NCBI GenBank assembly: GCA_002269645.1
Contig: NIVC01004925.1
Coordinates: 1-31,203 of the forward strand
DNA from: Macrostomum lignano
Lineage: Eukaryota
DNA length: 31,203 nt
Direction: 5' to 3'
Positions 1-15,724 of this stretch are shown piece after piece. The notes under the pieces were generated by a model, which saw only the letters and a list, made by a program, of their open reading frames with translations, searched no databases and had not been told where the DNA came from. The stretch's first letter is position 1; each line of letters opens with the position of its first letter. A program made the position numbers and the translations under genes.

Positions 1-1024
1 TTTACTGATTAAAATTTAGAATAAGATATATATAATATGAAAATTATGAAAATTAGAAAATTAAGAGAAAATTATGAATGACAAAAAATTAATTTTAAGA
101 AATTTTAGGAAAATGCCAACTTATAGTTTATCTAAGAGTTTGGCAATGCTACTTGCTTAATAAAGGTAAAAAAATAAAATTAACTATCAACATTAATTTT
201 GTCCAATGATGGAACATCCTCAGAAAGGTCATTTTAATAACTGAGGGTCAAGCAAAAATTATTTAGGTTGACAGTTACTCTCAATGGGCCCATTCTATAA
301 AGCCATCGTAAGATAAGATTATTCTTAGCTCCTATCTCTGCAGTGCAAAAGTTTCGACGCATGATCAGACTTACGCTACGACAGCTTAGTGCACCCTTCT
401 GTCATTTTGTTAGTAAATTCGCTTGTAGATCCTAATTCCTAATCCTAAGTCGTAAGTCTTAATAGCAGGTCTTGGAGCACTTTAAATACGCTTCCGCCTG
501 CCTTGCCTTACAATCCATGACCCATTTAAAATAAACATTACAAATAGAAGGGCAAAGTTCCCTAAAAATAAAATTTACTAAATGTAACATTTTTAGATCA
601 TGTTTATTTATTTATGTTTTTCTTCCGGTTTTCGAAGAAAATGTGTTTTTAAGTTTGTGCATTTAATTATCTCGTTGCAACTCATTACATCAAACAAAAA
701 AATAAAAAATCTAGCAAAAAGAACCTATTTTACAGACAGATTATTGATTAAACCTTATTTTAATATTTTACTACTGTATTTTAGTGATTTAAAATAGTGA
801 AATTTAATGATATTTCTAGAAGTCACGAACTTTTGAGTCAGTTAGAACGTGTCGTGTCAATCAACATGCCTGCGCCTGCGCCAGCCATCGATCTCATCAT
901 TAACAAAGTCAGTCATGCCCAAGCAAGCAGGCCGCAGGCGGCGTAGGCCTAGGGCTAGCCTATTTTTAGTAACTGGCGTACTCATCAATCATGCCTAGGC
1001 AATGCACCACTATGCTATTATTAG

Positions 1025-1175
1025 CAGGGGCGTAGCGAAGGGGGGGACACGGCACCGGGGGACATGCCCTGAATCGGGGTTTACTGCCTTTGTATTTTGC
1101 TTCGATCGCTTCCATCAGAGATGGATTTATGTCTCTGTCCCCCTCCCCCTGATGTGAATCCTGGCTACGCGCCTG
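1025..1175. mobile_element. Small hAT-like MITE remnant
   Basis: Imperfect 12-bp terminal inverted repeats CAGGGGCGTAGC (1025) and GCTACGCGCCTG (ends 1175); GC-rich island in AT-rich DNA. No convincing 8-bp TSD. Confidence 0.45.
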
Positions 1176-2099
1176 GCTAGGCCTATTAGTGTTCCTAAAT
1201 AAATGAATGAAGCAGTAAAGCTGTAAAGGACGTTTTTATTTTGTCTTGATTTTTTGCTCTACCTCTAGAGTCTAGACCCTGTTTCAGTAATTAAATTAGG
1301 GACTCTATTCCATTCCATGTCCGATATCCCTCCAGTAATATTTAAGTTAATTAGTTTTTAGTAATTTTTAATATTTTAGGCCTATTAGATAGGTGGCATA
1401 GGCCTAATCTAACTTGCCTAAGTAGGGCCTAGGCTAGGGCCTAAGTAAAATAAAAAGACACCTTACTTTCAAAGAATAATCATTTTTTAATCAAAATAAC
1501 TTAAAAGTTATAATTTTTATTTAGTATCCTTCATTTTTACCATTTGTCATACATTTTGCATACAATTAGCCATACTGTGATCATTTTTGAATTTTGCCCA
1601 GAAAGTTTTTTTATAAATAGGGCCTAGGCCTAATTTTTATAGATTAGGCCCTATGTTTTCTTTATTTTTGCCGAGCTTCATATTTTCATATTATTAGTTT
1701 TTCAGTTTTTCTCTTCTCTTTTGCAGTAGGCCTATTGTTTGCCTTTTAGCCTTTTAGCCTTTTATAGTTATAGTTTTTTTACATAGTATAGGGGGCCTAT
1801 AATAGTATATAATATATATGTGGCAGAGAGTGCACTTTGCCCCCAGACAGTCTCCAGCATCTGATGCACTGTCTTAGCAGGGATGCGTCATCTATCTCTA
1901 TATGGCATAGGCCAAGCCCCAATTGGTTGGCTTAACCTCTATGAGATCTGTATGTCTGGGGCCTAAGGCCTAGGGGACAAAGACTCATATTGTGCTGGCC
2001 TATTATAAGGTTCTTTGTATCCCCATTCCATGCTTCACTTTTTTCTGCTCTGCAAAATATATTCTATTTGTATATAAAATAGTTGGGCTGACTTTCTGC

Positions 2100-2283
2100 A
2101 GGCTTGGATAGAAGTCAGCTTCCTGAATCTATGCTATTAAAAGTTCACCATTCTAAATTCATCTCACTTTCCAATTTGATCTTGCATAGTTGCATCTGCA
2201 ATTGGTACTCTGGAAAGAGCATCTGCATCAACAATATCATTTCCATTGACCTATTTGGCTTTGTAGTTATAGTGATCCAATTT
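2100..2283 (-). mobile_element. Ty3/Gypsy element A, 3' continuation of the pol RNase H domain (split off by the LINE)
   Basis: After the TSD the minus strand reads (QRLQA)KLDHYNYKAK*VNGNDIVDADALSRVP, matching the Ty3/Gypsy RNase H C-terminal motif RLQR..L..Y.f...w..G..n..ADALSR and continuing the frame broken at 5761. The left limit is approximate; integrase-like remnants may extend to about 1970. Confidence 0.82.
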
Positions 2284-2296
2284 AGCTTGTAGTCTT
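2284..2296. repeat. 13-bp target-site duplication, left copy (AGCTTGTAGTCTT)
   Basis: Identical to 5761-5773; directly abuts the LINE tail. Confidence 0.92.
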
Positions 2297-8302
<6,006 letters not shown>

Positions 8303-8306
8303 CATA

Positions 8307-8647
8307 CATGTGCAACCTTGGGAATCACTTGGTTGTTTCTATTGGCAACACATACATGTAAGTTGCTATTGGCTGAGAGCAGTCACATGACTACTATTCC
8401 ATCCAATGGTGACTTACATGTGCGTTGCCAATAGAAACAGCCGGGTGAATCCCTAGGTTGCGCCCAAGCATGATCTGTATGGTGTTTTAGACATTCGGCT
8501 GAACAAGATGTAGCTTTCTATTGGCAACACACACATGTAAGTCGCTATTGGATGGAATAGTTGTCACGTGACTGCTCTCAGCCAATAGCAACTTACATGT
8601 GTATGCTGCCAATAGAAATGGCCAAGTGATTCCCAAGGTTGCGCATG
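8307..8647. mobile_element. Palindromic MITE 1 (about 130-bp inverted arms)
   Basis: 8307-8437 is inverted relative to 8515-8647. Termini CATGTGCAACC and GGTTGCGCATG, flanked by TA on both sides within CA-TA-TG. An alternative boundary is described in findings. Confidence 0.75.
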
Positions 8648-8678
8648 TATGTTTGTCAGTTGCTACATGTATATATAG

Positions 8679-9628
8679 TGAAGTACAATGGGGTTTCTTC
8701 CCGGTTTAGGCACTTAAGATTACCTTAAGTCTCGAGCCTCTTCAGAGGGAAGTTCTCTCAACTCTCAGTAGCGTAGGTAATGCTGCCACCAGTTCCTTCA
8801 GGTCTCGGCCTTCGGTGAGGTGAGCTTCCCGTCGGAACGAAATAACGAAGTCAACGAACACAGCACCAAGTGCAGAATTGCAGTTCAACGTACTAGGCGT
8901 CTCGTCAGCAGTACCTGCCGGGCTTGGATGGCGGAGGGAGGGCTGAGTTAGCCTCTCGTAGGCTTGTGGCGCTTTAGTCGGGTCTCAGTCAGACCAATAC
9001 GAACAGACTCAATGTATGCAGAGGCTCAGACACTCAGGACGTGATCTCGGGAAGAACAAGACTAGCACAGAACTAGACTAGCACGGAACAAGACTCCTTG
9101 ACGGAAGCAAGGGGGAGAGAGCTCCTATTTATAGCCGGGAAACACCCACGCAGAAGACCTCGTGACTCGTTCTATTTTTAGAACTGACGTCACTCGAGAG
9201 TCTTGGGCAGGGTACAAGCGTGCGGAAGACCTCGTGACTTGTTCTATTTTTAGAACTGACGTCACTTGAGGTCCCCGGCCATACTCTTAGCATTTTTTAG
9301 CAACATGAGTCACTCCTCTCCTTAGAGAAGGGAGGGGTCCGAAAGCACGTGACTCACCCGGTAAACAGGGCCAACGAGTGCAGTAAACATGTTTACTGCA
9401 CTTTAAGACTCAAAGAACGCAAGAACTGTCATGTGACTTGCTCACAAGACAGGGAAAACGGGACGGGAGCGAAACAGAGATGCAGAAGGCCAGAACAGGC
9501 CAAGGGCAGCAGCAGACAAACGAAAGGGAGGGGCGGGAAGCTGACCAGCGGCAGACAGCAACCCAGGGCGGAGGCGAGGGAACAGCTGACAAGGGCGACG
9601 CCTAACCATAAACTAGCGGCTCACTACA
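8679..9628 (-). mobile_element. Solo LTR (950 bp)
   Basis: TG...CA ends with imperfect terminal inversion (TGAAGTA / CACTACA), 4-bp TSD ATAG (8675-8678 and 9629-9632), TATAAATA on the minus strand at 9126-9133, enhancer-like repeats, and no adjacent PBS or PPT. Confidence 0.85.
9126..9402 (-). promoter_or_regulatory. LTR U3 promoter/enhancer motifs
   Basis: TATA 9126-9133; MEF2-consensus CTATTTTTAG at 9172 and 9244; CRE TGACGTCA at 9185 and 9257; AP-1 at 9306 and 9350; E-box CACGTG at 9346; 26-bp perfect palindrome at 9377-9402. Motif matches only, no functional data. Confidence 0.6.
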
Positions 9629-9675
9629 ATAGTGTGTGTATATATAGTGTGTGTATATATATGCATATGTACATA

Positions 9676-9960
9676 CATGCGCAACCTCCAAAATTCGGTC
9701 GGCCATGCGACTTAGTTTTAAAAAAAATGCGACGTAGTTTTTGGCCAAAAATGCGAATGTAAAAAAACCCTAACGCAAAATTAACGCAACTTTGGGTAAA
9801 CTGCAGGAGTAACTATAACTGGCTTATCAAGTAAAAATGCCTCGTCAGTTACTTAGTACTACTACTTTGGTATTTTTTCGGGTGGGCATTTTTGCGACTT
9901 CCTTGGTTGGCCGCCAAATCGGTCGGCCGGATCGACCGACTCGGCCGACTGTTGCGCGTG
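9676..9960. mobile_element. MITE 2, sharing its terminal motif with MITE 1
   Basis: Termini CATGCGCAAC and GTTGCGCGTG, TA on both sides within CA-TA-TG, and subterminal TCGGTCGGCC / GGCCGA motifs. Interior unrelated to MITE 1. Confidence 0.6.
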
Positions 9961-10367
9961 TATGCATATGTATATATATATATGCTTAATACTTATTTGC
10001 TTTTTAAGGCCTATTTGATAGAGACTGGATGGAATTTACATTTTTAGGATTGGGATTCTAATTTTTGCTAGGATTTCTAAATTATGGTATCTTTTTTGGA
10101 AATGTGTAGATTTCTAATACCCTAGGATATTAAAATAGGGATTTTATCCTATCTATTGTTTGGTGCTATCTAAAAAATTGGATTTTCGTGGATTTTCATG
10201 AATTTGTTGCATAACACAATTTTTATAGGACTTCAAAATTGACCAATAGCTATAATTAAATTTACAGATTATAAAATTGTTTTTAGTTAACTATACTGAA
10301 ACTAGTGCAACTTTTAAGCTACCTAAAAATTCAAATTCATGCCAAATAAATCTTCAAAATATCAAAC

Positions 10368-10766
10368 ATGAAACTTATCCTGCACAACATGCTCACCTCA
10401 GCAATGATTAAAGGTGTTAAAAAAGGCTATCCCTTGTTGCTACGGGCAACCAAAGTTGAACTGCAACCTGTAGAATTTGATGCCGGATTTGTAGTTCACA
10501 TGCTGCCAAGGCTTGACTGGTCTGGGGTTACAGCGGCCGTGCAGTGCTTGAATCAGCCGGATCTGCTGCAGGATCCGCTGCCTGAACTGCCACCCACTGT
10601 TCCAGACGATTACGCCAACAATGAAGACTTTCTGCGCAAAGCTCACATCGCCCTGATGCAGCTGGATGTGATCGAGGGATGCTTGGTCTGTCCGGAGACT
10701 GGCCGAGAGTTTCCCATTGCTAAGGGCATACCGAATATGCTGATTAATGATAATGAGGCTGCTTAA
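10368..10766 (+). CDS. TRMT112: tRNA methyltransferase activator subunit 11-2 (Trm112), single exon
   Basis: 132 aa with the hallmark N-terminus MKLILHNMLTS..KGVKKGYPL and C-terminus EG.LVCPETGREFPIAKGIPNML; AATAAA at 10869. Confidence 0.96.
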   Translation: MKLILHNMLTSAMIKGVKKGYPLLLRATKVELQPVEFDAGFVVHMLPRLDWSGVTAAVQCLNQPDLLQDPLPELPPTVPDDYANNEDFLRKAHIALMQLDVIEGCLVCPETGREFPIAKGIPNMLINDNEAA

Positions 10767-10922
10767 CTACCGGGTATTACTGATTGATCCGTGTGAGTCT
10801 CAGATTATCTCTTTATGTCGTCAGAATTTCTTTTGTGCTGAGAATCAAAAAGGGATCAGTTATTCTTTAATAAATCAGAAAAATCTGCTTCTTTTAATTC
10901 CACGCCAAAATTCGCGTAACAA

Positions 10923-11045
10923 GTCTAATATCCTGCAGAGAATCGCCTTCTACCCCGTCTAATTCCCTGCAGAGAATCGCCCTTTATCTCATCTAATTCA
11001 CCGCAGAGGATTTCCTTCTACACTCTGCTATTCTCCAGCGGATAT
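10923..11045. repeat. Degenerate 34-bp tandem repeat (3-4 copies)
   Basis: CTAAT.C.C.GCAGAG.AT.CC units start at 10925, 10959 and 10993. Confidence 0.7.
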
Positions 11046-11508
11046 TAATTTTTTATTCCTTTCAATGGAATTCTCCAAATTTAGAATCATATATAACCGG
11101 GGCAACCAAAACACCCAAATGCATTTTTTTGCTTCTGTTCCTCGTCGCTTCTACGCATTTTGGCTGTTTGAATAATGATGGTAATACATAGTAATGCCGA
11201 GTGCCCGTAGTGAATTTTCATCTGTTATGGTGTATTGAATATAGTTATTATGTCTAATCCTGATTATGATTCATTGTTAAAAGCAACAAAATATGCGTTA
11301 CGCCACTGAAAATCATTTTGCCTACTGTGGATGATTATGTTAACCGGGTTAAATACATTTTTTCGTTTTCTTTTGGCAAACTGTCAAAGATTTGAGTGCT
11401 TTGTGCCTATCTTGTGATTTCTGGATAAAATTTATTGCCTTTTTGGCTCTAGTTTTTTTTCATAAACTTCGATCCTTAAGTTTAAGCAGGAACCCACAAT
11501 CACGTACG

Positions 11509-13034
11509 CTGTAAGATCCGGGATTGAACAGCACCCCACACTGTAAGATCCGGGATTGAACAGCACCCCACACTGTAAGATCCGGGATTGAACAGCACCC
11601 CACACTGTAAGATCCGGGATTGAACAGCACCCCACACTGTAAGATCCGGGATTGAACAGCACCCCATACTTAAGATCCGGGATTGAACAGCACCCCACAC
11701 TGTAAGATCCGGGATTGAACAGCACCCCACACTGTAAGATCCGGGATTGAACAGCACCCCATACTTTAAGATCCGGGATTGAACAGCACCCCACACTGTA
11801 AGATCCGGGATTGAACAGCACCCCACACTGTAAGATCCGGGATTGAACAGCACCCCACACTGTAAGATCCGGGATTGAACAGCACCCCACACTGTAAGAT
11901 CCGGGATTGAACAGCACCCCACACTGTAAGATCCGGGATTGAACAGCACCCCACACTGTAAGATCGGGATTGAACAGCACCCCATACTTTAAGATCCGGG
12001 ATTGAACAGCACCCACACTGTAGGACTATGGATTGAACAGCACCCCATGCTGAAGGACCCTGGATTGAACAGCACCCCACACTGTAGGACTATGGATTGA
12101 ACAGCACCCCATGCTGAAGGACCCTGGATTGAACAGCAGCCATGCTGTAGGACCCTGGATTGAACAGCAGCCATGCTGTTGGACCCTGGATTGAACAGCA
12201 GCCATGCTGTAAGACCCTGGATTGAACAGCAGCCATGCTGTTGGACCCTGGATTGAACAGCAGCCATGCTGTTGGACCCTGGATTGAACAGCAGCCTGCT
12301 GTTGGACCCTAGATTGAACAGCACCCCATGCTGCTGGACCCGGGATTGAACAGCACCCCATGCTGTTGGACCCCGGATTGAACAGCAACCTACACTGTAG
12401 GACTATGGATTGAACAGCACCCCATGCTGTTGGACCCTGGATTGAACAGCACCCCACACTGTAGGACTATGGATTGAACAGCACCCCATGCTGTTGGACC
12501 CTGGATTGAACAGCACCCCACACTGTAGGACTATGGATTGAACAGCACCCCATGCTGAAGGACCCTGGATTGAACAGCAGCCATGCTGTAGGACCCTGGA
12601 TTGAACAGCAGCCATGCTGTTGGACCCTGGATTGAACAGCAGCCATGCTGTAAGACCCTGGATTGAACAGCAGCCATGCTGTTGGACCCTGGATTGAACA
12701 GCAGCCATGCTGTTGGACCCTGGATTGAACAGCAGCCTGCTGTTGGACCCTAGATTGAACAGCACCCCATGCTGTCGAACCCGGGATTGAACAGCACCCC
12801 ATGCTGTTGGACCCCGGATTGAACAGCAACCTACACTTTAGAACCTGGATTGAACAGCACCCCATGCCCCCATGCTGTTGGACCCAGGATTGAACAGTAC
12901 CCCATGCCCCCATGCTGTTGGACCCTGGATTGAACAGCACCCCATGCTGTTGGACCTTGGATTAAACAACACCCTACACTTTAGAGCCATAGATTGAACA
13001 GCACCCAATGCTGTAGGACCCTCGATTTAACAAC
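11509..13034. repeat. 31-32-bp minisatellite (core GATTGAACAGCA): homogeneous block plus higher-order block
   Basis: 11509-12010 is near-perfect CTGTAAGATCCGGGATTGAACAGCACCCCACA. 12010-13034 holds variant units with an ordered set recurring 441 bp later, and the right edge decays. Confidence 0.97.
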
Positions 13035-13393
13035 AGTGCACGGTAGCTAGTTATTTGTCTTCTTAAAGGGAGATACGTTTACATTGATTTGTAAAAAAGG
13101 CAACAACTTATGCAATTATGCAACAACTCTCGTTTGTCAGCATTTAGATTAGGTTTCCATGTCGTATATTTGAACATTAAATTTGATTTTAACTTGATAT
13201 ACAGTTACTGTTGCATGTATGTGTTACGTGATACTCGTGCAAGTAGATGTCCATCAATGAAGCAAAAAGAATGTCTTGATAAGTGCATGCGTGTGCCAAG
13301 GACCAGTGTACTTAAAATTAAGGACACTTTCTCGGAATTTTTTGAAGGCTTTTGAGGTTTGAATGCTTTCTCAGACAGCTACGGGTCTTACAG

Positions 13394-14593
13394 TTACAGG
13401 CTGTCGGCTGGTTTAGCAACATTGATATTATCCATTTCTCCGCGGTTCAGTGCAACAACCTCGTGCAAAAAGTCATTTTTAACCCAGATGCCGTCCCATT
13501 CGGTAAAAGTGGATAAATCCTGGACTCGATAGTCTATAGCGGATATCAGCGAGTAGTTCCTTGCCGTCATGAAACTCGTCACCGATTTGTAGTAGAGTGA
13601 AGAGTGCGGCGGCTCGCCCGAGCCGCGCCAGAACTCCATCTGCAGCGCCAGGATGTCGAATTGTTCAAACAGTGTCCGCCCGGTCTTCATGAACACGTAT
13701 TCCCCGGACTCGATGTCCATCTTCACGATAACTTTTTTAGTATGGATGTGCTCTCGGAGCTCGTCAGCTCGAACTGTCATTACGGGAATTGTGTCGTGGA
13801 TGATCTTGCTCACCTGCTGTCTCCAGCCAGATAATCCGCTCGATGCGCTGCCAGCGTTGCAACTGATGTTGTCTGCGCTCCAGCTGATCCGTTTCAGAGC
13901 GACTTTGTCGTTGATGAAGCACCAGAACAGTTTCAAATTGTCGTCAAGGACTCCGAGCTCCTTAGCCGATAACTGCAGCCGGATTAAAGCGCGAATATTT
14001 GCGTCGACAGCCACTACTGGGATGCCTTCGGCTCTGACTTGTAGACTGTACGCGCCCAGGCTGCTGCCGATGTCAAGGAATGTCACCGAGCCCGGATCGA
14101 ATTTCTTCAACAGCTTCAGCATCGTCCAGATCTGCGCCGGCTCCCAGGCCTGTTGGTTTAGCAACACTTTGGAAATCAAATCGTCATTGTCGAAGGTGTA
14201 AATTGGTATGAAACCGGCGCCAGTCACGCGCATCATGCTGGCCAATCTGGAGCCCTTTCTGACTATTCTGTAGAACTGAGTTGGCAGGTTCCTATTCAGC
14301 TGGCACAATGGGTATCTACCATTAACAAGCTTGTAGGCTGTCGAGTCTTCGCACAGCCGGTGCTGCAGTCTGGAATCTGCGAAGTTCACGTTGCGAAGCT
14401 CGTTGAGTGCGGCGCATTCTTCAAGATTGTCAACATCTGGCAGCAATGGAAGCCTGATGTTCAACTCTCTGTCTTGAATGTATCTGAGTATAACGCTGGG
14501 CGTTGTCGGTGACAGTAGTAAGTAGATTGCCATGAATATGATAGCCAGGATAGCTAGCGGTGTTAGACGCTTCATTCTGGGCATAACTGGCAT
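13394..14593 (-). CDS. FkbM/Methyltransf_21-family SAM-dependent methyltransferase with N-terminal signal anchor (type II membrane), single coding exon
   Basis: 399 aa. Basic residues then hydrophobic LTPLAILAIIFMAIYLLLSP; motifs FLDIGSSLGAYSL, VVAVDAN, VKMDIESGE. Acceptor-like TTCCTGCAG ends 3 nt before the ATG (AG at 14598-14597). Confidence 0.85.
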   Translation of the reverse strand: MPVMPRMKRLTPLAILAIIFMAIYLLLSPTTPSVILRYIQDRELNIRLPLLPDVDNLEECAALNELRNVNFADSRLQHRLCEDSTAYKLVNGRYPLCQLNRNLPTQFYRIVRKGSRLASMMRVTGAGFIPIYTFDNDDLISKVLLNQQAWEPAQIWTMLKLLKKFDPGSVTFLDIGSSLGAYSLQVRAEGIPVVAVDANIRALIRLQLSAKELGVLDDNLKLFWCFINDKVALKRISWSADNISCNAGSASSGLSGWRQQVSKIIHDTIPVMTVRADELREHIHTKKVIVKMDIESGEYVFMKTGRTLFEQFDILALQMEFWRGSGEPPHSSLYYKSVTSFMTARNYSLISAIDYRVQDLSTFTEWDGIWVKNDFLHEVVALNRGEMDNINVAKPADSL

Positions 14594-14839
14594 TGTCTGC
14601 AGGAAGTATTAATTTCTGCTTTACGAATCTAACTCTGTCACTAACACCTGATCTGGCGGTTCTGAGCGCTTGTAATAAATGAAACACGTCAGTCAGTCGT
14701 TAAGTAAAGTATATACAGCCTCTCTCCTCCCCTATCTCCCCCTGTGTAGTTTCCTCTCTTCTCCCCTCATTCTCTTGCTTGAATGTGCGCTATAGTCTGG
14801 CATATAATCTGAATCCTTTCCTTTCTTAACCCAACTCAG

Positions 14840-14860
14840 CTGTGGACTGCCCGTACATTG
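14840..14860 (+). other. Candidate 21-nt micro-exon
   Basis: Pyrimidine tract TCCTTTCCTTTC, CTTAAC and CAG upstream; perfect G|GTGAGT donor; length a multiple of 3; all three frames open. No partner exons identified. Confidence 0.4.
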
Positions 14861-15230
14861 GTGAGTACATGTACAACAACTCCCATATGAGGTCTTACTG
14901 CTCTCAGCTCTTCCAACCTGAGCAAACGAGAGAGCATGTGATTAACATTACTGTTGTCAAAAGCTCTAGGCTCACAAAGGTCAAGCCAGCTTTCGCATTT
15001 TGTCGTCCGTTTTTTTCGCGATTGTCTGAATTTTATCCGATGCAGCTAACAAATGTCTGGGCTGGAGGCTGAGGCGTTGCTGTGGGTCTCATCTTGGGGG
15101 AAGACAATGCGTGAAAATAGAGCAAAAAAATTGTATATTCTATTTTGCCAATAAGTGCTACTGCATGGTATTGTATTGATTTTGCCAATTCAGACCAGAT
15201 CTTCATTTTGGCGCCGTTTTATCTCTTTTT

Positions 15231-15724
15231 GGCACCACTATCACTCATTTTGGGCCACTATCACTCATTTTGGCACCACTATCACTCATTTTGGCACCAC
15301 TATCACTCATTTTGGCACCACTATCACTCATTTTGGCACCACTATCACTCATTTTGGCACCACTATCACTCATTTTGGGCCACTATCACTCATTTTGGGC
15401 CACTATCACTCATTTTGGGCCACTATCACTCATTTTGGGCCACTATCACTCATTTTGGCACCACTATCACTCATTTTGGCACCACTATCACTCATTTTGG
15501 CACCACTATCACTCATTTTGGCACCACTATCACTCATTTTGGCACCACTATCACTCATTTTGGGCCACTATCACTCATTTTGGGCCACTATCACTCATTT
15601 TGGGCCACTATCACTCATTTTGGGCCACTATCACTCATTTTGGCACCACTATCACTCATTTTGGCACCACTATCACTCATTTTGGCACCACTATCACTCA
15701 TTTTGGGCCACTATCACTCATTTT
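15231..15724. repeat. 20/21-bp minisatellite, 24 units
   Basis: A = GGCACCACTATCACTCATTTT (21 bp), B = GGGCCACTATCACTCATTTT (20 bp); order A B A5 B4 A5 B4 A3 B. Confidence 0.97.

Noticed and set aside
600-797. Short AT-rich ORFs and the many antisense ORFs over the LINE, methyltransferase, apyrase, hAT and SPC25
   Set aside because: No recognisable motifs; explained by low complexity or by shadow frames of GC-rich coding sequence.
8679-9628. The LTR as the 5' LTR of Gypsy A
   Set aside because: It has its own ATAG duplication on both sides and no PBS adjacent, so it is an independent solo LTR.
11432-12940. Long repetitive ORFs (GAVQSRILQCGVLFNPGS...) as proteins, or the array as CRISPR
   Set aside because: The ORFs are stop-free readings of a 31-32-bp tandem unit in all frames. 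There are no unique spacers and no cas genes, and the context is eukaryotic.
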